32,000 nucleotides of DNA, taken from positions 2,040,001 to 2,072,000 of the forward strand of contig NC_006576.1 in NCBI RefSeq assembly GCF_000010065.1. The letters are read 5' to 3'. Shown one piece after another: positions 25,965 through 32,000 of this stretch. The notes under the pieces were generated by a model. It saw nothing but the letters and a program-made list of their open reading frames with translations, searched no databases and was not told the DNA's origin. A program made the position numbers and the translations under genes. Numbering within the stretch: position 1 is the first letter of the stretch; every line of letters starts with the position of its first letter. Origin of the DNA: Synechococcus elongatus PCC 6301. GTDB lineage: Bacteria; Cyanobacteriota; Cyanobacteriia; Synechococcales; Synechococcaceae.

Positions 25965-28349
25965 TCAACCGAGGGGTTCAATCGGTGCTAGGCGTGGATC
26001 GAGGATGCGCTGACCTGTCGCGCCGCTGAACTGGACCACAATCGATTGGCGATCGCCCGCACCGAAAATTCGGGTGATGCGTCCAACGCCAAACTGACGA
26101 TGCTGAAGGCGATCGCCGACTTGCCAATGGCGGGCCGGTTGCTGAACTTGTTGCACTTTGGCTGCATTCGCGGCCACGCGATCGCGCAGGCTGGCGCGGC
26201 GCTCATGGGTAACCGGTGGCTTGAAGTTTGCTTGGGTCTGACGACGGGTCTGTGGTGAGTGACCCACGATCAGTTCTGCCGGTAGTTCACTCAGGAAATT
26301 GGAGGAAATGGCGGGCTCTCGACCTCCACCCCACAGACGACGAGCACTGGCATGGGTCAAGAACAGTCGCTCTTGGGCGCGTGTGATGCCGACGTAGCAG
26401 AGGCGTCGTTCTTCTTCAACGGCGCGCGGATCGTCGAGCGATCGGAAACTGGGGAAGAGGCCCTGTTCTAGTCCAACTAGAAAAACAACCGGAAACTCAA
26501 GGCCTTTTGAAGCATGCAAAGTCATTAATGAGACTTGCTGGTTCGCTTCTTTGTTATCTGCATCTGAGGCTAGTGAAGCTGTTCCCAAAAAGCCAATCAG
26601 GCTAGGGTCATCATTCTCCTCCTCATGTTGAACAGCTGCATTCACCAACTCTTCCAAGTTCCGACGACGGTCCTCGTCTTCACCAGTGCCGCTGCGTTGT
26701 AATTCAGCAATATAACCAGATGCTTCTAAGAGCTGGCGAATCAATTCGGAGGGGCGTAATTCATCTGCTTGATCTTGAAAATGCTGAACTAAATTAGCAA
26801 ACTCTAGGATGCCTTTCGCCGATCGCCCCGCCAGGTTTTGCACCGTTTCGGAATCACTCAGGATTTCCCAAAGGGGTACATTTAGCTCTTGCGCAGCATC
26901 AACCAATCGGCCAATCGTGGTTTTGCCCACGCCGCGTTTAGGAACGTTCACCACCCGTAGTAAGCTAACCGCATCGAAGGGATTGGCGATCGCCCGCAGA
27001 TAGGCCAAGATATCTTTGACTTCGCGGCGATCATAGAACCGCAAGCCACCAATGACGGTGTAGGGAACATTCCAGCGAACGAGAGAATCTTCAAAGGCTC
27101 GCGGTTGAGCGTTAGTGCGGTAGAGAATTGCAAAATCGCCCCAATTCAACTCAGGATGCTGTTGCTCAAGCTGGCGAATTTGTTGAACAACATACTCCGC
27201 TTCGGCCATTTCATCGTCAGCCCGATAGCAGGCGATCGCTTCGCCACTACCTCGGGTGGGGCGCAAAACCTTATCGATGCGCTCAGTGTTGTTACGAATT
27301 AGCTCATTGGCAGCCTGAAGAATGTTTTCAGTCGAACGATAATTTTCTTCCAGCTTGACCATCGTGCGAGTGTCATCATCCGGCAGACGATCGCCAAAAT
27401 CATCCTGAAAGCCCATCAGAATGGTGAAGTCTGCGGCTCGGAAAGAATAGATTGACTGATCAGCATCGCCTACGACAAAGACTGAGCGATGATTCCACGG
27501 ATCAAAATCTCGCGTTTCAGCACCATTCGTTGTCAGCAGCCGAATCAAATCGTACTGAGTGCGGTTTGTATCCTGATACTCATCAACCAAAACATGGCGA
27601 AAGCGCTGATGCCAATAGGCCAAAACCTGTTCGTTTTGCCGGAAGAGTTGCACTGGAATCAGCAACAAGTCATCGAAATCAAGAGCATTATTTGCCGCTA
27701 GTTGATCTAAATAACGCCGATAGACCTCACCGATCACGCGGCCCCGATAGTTCGGCTGCTGGCGCTCAAATTCATCGGGTGACCAACCATTGTTCTTAGC
27801 CGAGCTGATTGTGTAGCGAACAGATTTTGGCTCAAACTTCTTGGTATCTAAATTGAGCTGATTGCCAACAATCTCTTTGATTAAGCCTTGGACATCATTT
27901 TCATCAAAGATGGAGAACTGCTTTGTCCAACGGCGGCCATTGGGATCGCAATACTTGTCGATATCAAAGCGAAGAATCCGTGCACAAATTGCGTGGAAAG
28001 TGCCAATCCACAAATCCTTGGTAACTTCGCGATAGACACGCGATCGCAGTTGAGTTTTTTCTATTTCTCGCAGTGTCGTGAAGGGCTGGCCGTACTGCAA
28101 CTCCGCCAGTTGCTGAGCAAATAAGCGCTCCAGCCGCTCCTTCATTTCCTTCGCCGCTTTATTGGTGAAGGTCACCGCCAAAATGTTTTCTGGACCGACC
28201 CGATGCTGTCGCAGCAGATGGGCAATCCGAAAGGTGAGTGCCCGCGTTTTGCCAGAACCAGCACCAGCAACCACCAACAGCGGCCCGCTGTAGTGTTCGA
28301 CGGCTCGACGTTGGGAGGTATTGAGCTGGCTTAGAAAGTCGCTGGACAT
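25965..28349 (-). CDS. pcrA: ATP-dependent DNA helicase PcrA/UvrD (superfamily 1A)
   Basis: 794 aa with all SF1 motifs: GPLLVVAGAGSGKTRAL (Walker A), AVTFTNKAAKEM, VDEYQDTN, VVGDADQSIYSFRAA, YRS, TLHASKGLEFPVVFL, RRLCYVGITRAQERL. The C-terminal Tudor-like tail is also present (WQVGDRLQHRQFGVGRIT). Confidence 0.95.
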   Translation of the reverse strand: MSSDFLSQLNTSQRRAVEHYSGPLLVVAGAGSGKTRALTFRIAHLLRQHRVGPENILAVTFTNKAAKEMKERLERLFAQQLAELQYGQPFTTLREIEKTQLRSRVYREVTKDLWIGTFHAICARILRFDIDKYCDPNGRRWTKQFSIFDENDVQGLIKEIVGNQLNLDTKKFEPKSVRYTISSAKNNGWSPDEFERQQPNYRGRVIGEVYRRYLDQLAANNALDFDDLLLIPVQLFRQNEQVLAYWHQRFRHVLVDEYQDTNRTQYDLIRLLTTNGAETRDFDPWNHRSVFVVGDADQSIYSFRAADFTILMGFQDDFGDRLPDDDTRTMVKLEENYRSTENILQAANELIRNNTERIDKVLRPTRGSGEAIACYRADDEMAEAEYVVQQIRQLEQQHPELNWGDFAILYRTNAQPRAFEDSLVRWNVPYTVIGGLRFYDRREVKDILAYLRAIANPFDAVSLLRVVNVPKRGVGKTTIGRLVDAAQELNVPLWEILSDSETVQNLAGRSAKGILEFANLVQHFQDQADELRPSELIRQLLEASGYIAELQRSGTGEDEDRRRNLEELVNAAVQHEEENDDPSLIGFLGTASLASDADNKEANQQVSLMTLHASKGLEFPVVFLVGLEQGLFPSFRSLDDPRAVEEERRLCYVGITRAQERLFLTHASARRLWGGGREPAISSNFLSELPAELIVGHSPQTRRQTQANFKPPVTHERRASLRDRVAANAAKVQQVQQPARHWQVGDRLQHRQFGVGRITRIFGAGDRQSIVVQFSGATGQRILDPRLAPIEPLG

Positions 28350-28449
28350 TGCGATCGCAAACAGGGCTGCTCCTCAGCCTATCGTCTCTGGTTATCGCTC
28401 CGCTCTGAATCACCGCCCGTAAGGGCTGGGCGATCGCCCTCGATCTCCC

Positions 28450-28465
28450 TGTGATCAAAATCACA
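28450..28465. promoter_or_regulatory. CRP-type palindrome TGTGATCAAAATCACA (TGTGA-N6-TCACA)
   Basis: Both consensus half-sites are perfect with 6-bp arms (TGTGAT/ATCACA). It sits in the 212-bp divergent spacer between pcrA (ATG 28349, minus) and secreted paralog 1 (ATG 28562, plus). Confidence 0.55.
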
Positions 28466-28561
28466 ACGGTGGCGGACCAGGGTCACAGCGATCGCGCAAT
28501 GCAGCAACGAGAGTAAGCACAACCGCCGCTGAGGCGACCTGCTCTCTTTTCCCAAACGGCC

Positions 28562-29014
28562 ATGATTTTCTCCTTGCACAAACTGGGTTCTGCGATCGCT
28601 CCCGTTACTGCGATCGCGATCGGTCTCACGGGGCTCACGCTGCCTGCTCAGGCCTATCCGGCTTGGACTACACAAGATGATTACGAATTTGTCCGCAGCT
28701 TCACTGCCTCTTTTCAGGCCCAGATGGGCTACGCCCCCAGCGACAGCTTGGTGGCCTGGAGCTTGAATTGCGTCAAAACCAACTACACCCAATCGGTTGT
28801 GAGCGGGATCAATCCCAGTACAGCGGTGAATACAGCGATCGCGAACTGTGGTCGCGCCCTGCAGACGGTAGTCGGTAATGGCAATGGCGGTACAGGTCGG
28901 GGCAGCACGATTTACAACTCCTCTGGTGATTCCAGTCTTTCCAGCGATTCCAACGGTTGCCTCTATTTCTCATCGGGATCTTTTTCGAATTCCACCTCCT
29001 ATTCGACCTGCTGA
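28562..29014 (+). CDS. secreted small cysteine-containing protein, paralog 1 (hypothetical)
   Basis: Signal peptide ending LPAQA/YP. The mature core aligns with the next gene (W-T-x-Q ... F-x-A-x-x-GY-x-PS-x-x-LV ... L-x-C ... Y ... G ... A ... C). It also has a Ser/Gly/Asn-rich low-complexity tail with two more Cys. Confidence 0.6.
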   Translation: MIFSLHKLGSAIAPVTAIAIGLTGLTLPAQAYPAWTTQDDYEFVRSFTASFQAQMGYAPSDSLVAWSLNCVKTNYTQSVVSGINPSTAVNTAIANCGRALQTVVGNGNGGTGRGSTIYNSSGDSSLSSDSNGCLYFSSGSFSNSTSYSTC

Positions 29015-29080
29015 TCAATTGAGAGAGGCCGCTCTCATCTGAGGCGGTCAAAGCGGCTCTAGCAGTCCTGATTAACCGAG

Positions 29081-29096
29081 CGTGATCAACATCACA
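29081..29096. promoter_or_regulatory. CRP-type palindrome, second copy: CGTGATCAACATCACA
   Basis: One mismatch to TGTGA-N6-TCACA. It occupies the same position within the duplicated 45-bp block, upstream of secreted paralog 2 (ATG 29173). Confidence 0.5.
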
Positions 29097-29172
29097 ACGG
29101 CGACTGATCTGGCTCACGGCGATCGCAGTACCGACGCCCGACAGTAGGGTCAGTCGCCCGGAAGTCCCCCTG

Positions 29173-29544
29173 ATGAAAGCCTCTGCAACTTCTGACTCGC
29201 GCCTCACTTACTGGCTCAGCCAAGCCGCTGCGATCGCTCTGACAACGACTTTTAGCGTGCTGAATAGTGCTGCGATCGCGTCGGCTTCAACCCCTTGGAC
29301 AGTGCAACAAGCCCAGGCTTTTGCAACTGACTACACGGCCGCCTTTCAAGCTAGCCAAGGTTATCGCCCTAGCACTCAATTGGTAAAAGACACGCTTGCC
29401 TGTATGCAGCGGGCCTACGACTGGCAAGTGCAGCAGGGGCGGAGCAGCAATGAAGCCTTGGACTATGCCACCCAGCAATGTCATCGCTATCTGCGCTATC
29501 TCGGCACGGATTTTGCGGGCGACAGCGATCGCGCTGCCGACTAG
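29173..29544 (+). CDS. secreted small cysteine-containing protein, paralog 2 (hypothetical)
   Basis: Signal-like N-terminus ending AIASA/ST. About 22 identities over a 67-residue hand alignment with paralog 1, including both Cys. It is preceded by the same 45-bp upstream block. Confidence 0.6.
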   Translation: MKASATSDSRLTYWLSQAAAIALTTTFSVLNSAAIASASTPWTVQQAQAFATDYTAAFQASQGYRPSTQLVKDTLACMQRAYDWQVQQGRSSNEALDYATQQCHRYLRYLGTDFAGDSDRAAD

Positions 29545-29660
29545 GTGCTGAAGATCCAATCCCAGCGATCGTCTCAGCCGCCTTGCGCATTCACTAGGAC
29601 TTTAATGAGTCCAGTACCGTTCTCTACACTGAACGCAATCCTTGAGTTCTGGCAACAACG

Positions 29661-30041
29661 ATGGGTGTAGCACTTTTCATCGTTCTCGATCGCGACCTAC
29701 CCACGGGCGACACTGCCATGGACGGCAAAGCTCTCGCTCGCCATGCCGATCGCCTTGCAGAACTGGCGCAACAAGCTGGCGTTCCTGACCTGATGAGCTT
29801 CTGCAGTTTAGATGAGAACGATGGCTTGTTTGAGGACTTTGGGATCGAGCCAGAACCTACGGTTTGGCATCCTGCCTCAGCGGGTCTGACCACGATTCGT
29901 GTTCTCCTCGCTGCGATCGCTGCTGCTGGTCTAGACCCCGAACAAGCACAGTGGGTCCAAGAGGATTTGCAAGTCGCGCAAACCATTCTGGAGCAAGCCG
30001 AACAACTCGGGATCCAATGGCATTTAGCGGTTGATTTTTAA
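29661..30041 (+). CDS. hypothetical acidic protein
   Basis: 126-aa ORF with no recognisable family. It ends 4 nt inside the convergent Rieske oxygenase gene. Confidence 0.45.
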   Translation: MGVALFIVLDRDLPTGDTAMDGKALARHADRLAELAQQAGVPDLMSFCSLDENDGLFEDFGIEPEPTVWHPASAGLTTIRVLLAAIAAAGLDPEQAQWVQEDLQVAQTILEQAEQLGIQWHLAVDF

Positions 30042-31423
30042 GCTTTTTGGTTACGGCGTACCTGGCGAGGACCCTGTTCAAAACGCCGTTGTAACTGTTT
30101 CAAGCCCCAAGCGATCGCAGCAGCACTCAAGCCTAGAACTGCAAGCAAGATGACCGTAGTCGCTGAAACACCAGCCACTGCAAGGATTGGGGCCAATGTC
30201 CAACTAAGAGCCGCGATCGCGATCGCTACGGTTTGTCCTTGCTTCGAGCGTCGCCAAGCGGCGGCACAACTGCGACAGTGCAGCGTATGACTCTGATAGC
30301 GCTCTAACAGCTCGGGAATGGAACGACTCGCCGGGAGCGGTTCATTGGGGAAAGGAACACCGGCATAGCGATCGACCCAGCGATGCAACGCCAGCACAAA
30401 GCGATCGGCGGAGGTCGGCAAATAACACTGACGGCTGTAGGTGGCACTGCCGCCCTGCTGCTGAATCCGTCGTTCTTGGTGATGCAAAAAGATTTGGTCT
30501 TCTTCCAGCACGGTGTTTTGCCCCAGATGCTGAAACCAAGTTGGGGCGATCCGCAGGAAAAAGCGCGGGATGGCGGACTTAAAGCGAAAGGGGAAGCGCG
30601 CAAAAATCCGACATTCGCCAGCGCGAATCGGCGTGGCGTAGACCACGGTCATGGCTCGCCCGAGACTGTCAGCTTCAAGGTCGTGCCACATCAAGCTCGG
30701 CGCAATAAAGGTCGTGGATTGGGTGCCCAGTTTGCCGCGCCGTGGCCCCTCAGGCCAAACACCCTGAAAGCCTTGGCGATCGCTCTCCACAATCTTCAGA
30801 TCAGTCATTGGCCCCGCGTTGGCGCGATTCCCCACCGACCCGTGGTGAGTGAAGGGCAGGTGGCTGGGATCGAGCACGTTTTCCAGCAGCGTTAGGGCGT
30901 CGTAGGGTAAATCCCGAAAGGTATCGATGCAAACCCAGTCCGCATCCGTCCCCCACGGTTCAACCAAAGGTAAGGGCACGCGATCGGCTCGCTCCGGCGT
31001 CCCAGCGTAAACAAACAACAGCCCTTGTGCAGTCGCCGTCGGGAGCGTTTTGGCGCAGGCGCGATCGCTGGTGTGGGCTTGCCCTGTGGTGGCTTGTTGG
31101 GGGATAACCGCGCAATCCCCCGTCCCTGTAAAAGCCCAGCCGTGATACGGACATTCCAGCCGTCCCTCGGCATCCAAGCGACCCTCCGACAGGCGCACTT
31201 GGCGATGGGGACAGGCATCCTCAAAAGCCCGCCATTGTTCAGCACTACGATCCCACCAAATCACCAGATCGCGACCCAGCAGGGTGAAAGCGTTCGGGCG
31301 ATCGCGATTGAGATCCCGCAGGTAGTGAACGGGATACCAAACCTCAGCCCAATCAAAGCGATCGCTGGCAGGCCCACCGGCGGGTAAAACCTGAGCATCG
31401 GCTAAAAGCACGTCAGCAGTCAT
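30038..31423 (-). CDS. Rieske [2Fe-2S] non-heme-iron oxygenase, pheophorbide a oxygenase (PaO/Lls1/Tic55)-like
   Basis: Rieske motif CPHRQVRLSEG ... CPYHGWAF, a mononuclear iron region (NVLDPSHLPFTHHG), a PaO-type C-terminal region and a C-terminal membrane anchor with a CxxC just before it (HCRSCAAAW ... two hydrophobic helices). Confidence 0.88.
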   Translation of the reverse strand: MTADVLLADAQVLPAGGPASDRFDWAEVWYPVHYLRDLNRDRPNAFTLLGRDLVIWWDRSAEQWRAFEDACPHRQVRLSEGRLDAEGRLECPYHGWAFTGTGDCAVIPQQATTGQAHTSDRACAKTLPTATAQGLLFVYAGTPERADRVPLPLVEPWGTDADWVCIDTFRDLPYDALTLLENVLDPSHLPFTHHGSVGNRANAGPMTDLKIVESDRQGFQGVWPEGPRRGKLGTQSTTFIAPSLMWHDLEADSLGRAMTVVYATPIRAGECRIFARFPFRFKSAIPRFFLRIAPTWFQHLGQNTVLEEDQIFLHHQERRIQQQGGSATYSRQCYLPTSADRFVLALHRWVDRYAGVPFPNEPLPASRSIPELLERYQSHTLHCRSCAAAWRRSKQGQTVAIAIAALSWTLAPILAVAGVSATTVILLAVLGLSAAAIAWGLKQLQRRFEQGPRQVRRNQKA

Positions 31424-31504
31424 GGCGATCGCAGATCCGCTTGTTGTTAAGACTTGTAACGAATCCTAACAACTCAGTAGTAGCGATCGCTTGCCTGGAC
31501 TCTG

Positions 31505-31993
31505 CTAGTTGCAGCCAAACACCGTCAGACTGTAATCGCTGCCGATCGCGCGTTCACCCCCCACAACCACATTGACCTGATAGGGCGCTTCGTAGGGGCG
31601 GCTAAACAGTTGGATATCAAAGGGCACACCTTGGGGCAGCTCAATTGACTGGTCAAATAACTTGTCGGTGTTGCTGTCGTTGTACTTGAGATAGGCGCGA
31701 ATCGTATATAGCTCTTGCCCCGCTGAGTCCCGAGTGCCAGACCCGACGGTTTTCGAGGTCAAGCTGACCAAAAATTGGCTGTAGCGACTTTCCGGCGGGA
31801 CAAAAAAGTCAGTGTTCCAGTTGTCACGTACAAAGAAGACGGTATTGGGCGAAACGCGCTTGCTGACCACCGACCCTTCGCTACCCACAGCTTTGAGAGG
31901 CACACATTGGGGTGCTGTTTGGGCGGTCGCCTGTGATGACCAGCCCAGAGACAGCACGCCAGCAAAAAGGGCAAGGCGAGAGAACAAAGCCAT
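31505..31993 (-). CDS. secreted hypothetical protein
   Basis: 162-aa ORF with a clear signal peptide (MALFSRLALFAGVLSLGWSSQATA/QT). The mature part is beta-rich, with Cys near both ends. No family recognised. Confidence 0.55.
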   Translation of the reverse strand: MALFSRLALFAGVLSLGWSSQATAQTAPQCVPLKAVGSEGSVVSKRVSPNTVFFVRDNWNTDFFVPPESRYSQFLVSLTSKTVGSGTRDSAGQELYTIRAYLKYNDSNTDKLFDQSIELPQGVPFDIQLFSRPYEAPYQVNVVVGGERAIGSDYSLTVFGCN

Positions 31994-32000
31994 AGCCAGA

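Larger units (their letters stand above)
635..31490. repeat. HIP1 (highly iterated palindrome GCGATCGC), dispersed through the whole window
   Basis: My manual scan finds about 110 exact GCGATCGC octamers between 635..642 and 31483..31490, inside genes and spacers alike. One or fewer would be expected by chance. This is a hallmark of many cyanobacterial genomes. Confidence 0.95.

Noticed and set aside
26186-26985. 800-bp HIP1-free, lower-GC stretch inside pcrA, considered as a foreign insertion
   Set aside because: The reading frame and helicase motifs are continuous through it. With one HIP1 per ~290 bp, a gap of this size is not statistically remarkable. The region corresponds to the variable, acidic 2B-domain part of PcrA.
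480-31974. The many 60-150-aa ORFs in the track that are nested in, or antisense to, the long genes (for example 480..848, 1574..1912, 2816..3073, 7851..8312, 17070..17507, 19015..19467, 21441..22079, 22712..23119, 28379..28792, 28809..29207, 30383..30895)
   Set aside because: Each overlaps a gene with strong family motifs. Their products are Arg/Pro/Ser/Cys-rich or low-complexity, as expected for off-frame translation of GC-rich coding sequence.
1-32000. Search for rRNA, tRNA, CRISPR arrays, transposases, integrases, phage blocks or defence-island signatures
   Set aside because: No spacer is long enough and structured like a tRNA, and no T-loop GGTTCGAATCC-type motif was seen. There are no regularly spaced direct repeats other than the single 10-bp tandem duplication. 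No ORF has transposase, integrase or known defence-gene motifs. The UvrD-type helicase is the full-length housekeeping PcrA.

Overview
This is a chromosomal window from a unicellular cyanobacterium, almost certainly the Synechococcus elongatus PCC 7942/6301 lineage. The HIP1 octamer GCGATCGC occurs about 110 times by my manual count (roughly one per 290 bp), and the window carries the published iron-stress locus idiA / idiB-idiC / dpsA. I can support 35 protein-coding genes (one partial at the left edge), densely packed on both strands, and four rho-independent terminators. I found no rRNA, tRNA, CRISPR array, transposase or integrase. Most content is housekeeping: proB, msrB, menF, rnhA, bcp/prxQ, pcrA, a site-2 protease, a Na+/H+ antiporter and an amino-acid ABC permease. 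Two blocks deserve attention. (1) 1484-7781 holds a tightly coupled operon (FecR-like lipoprotein, CHASE2 class III cyclase, DUF3307-like membrane protein, GAF-HD-GYP) converging on a Cache-HAMP-GGDEF gene, so cAMP-making and c-di-GMP-making/breaking enzymes are hard-wired together. The cyclase reading frame is broken a few bases before a HIP1 site, leaving its last conserved strand encoded out of frame. (2) 28441-29544 is a tandem duplication of a small secreted two-cysteine protein gene together with a 45-bp upstream block that opens with a near-consensus CRP-type palindrome (TGTGA-N6-TCACA). Other leads are a possible Fur-box-fronted small RNA between idiA and idiB, and an RNase HI with a ~110-aa C-terminal helix-turn-helix-like extension. 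All functional calls come from motif recognition by eye; no database search was possible.
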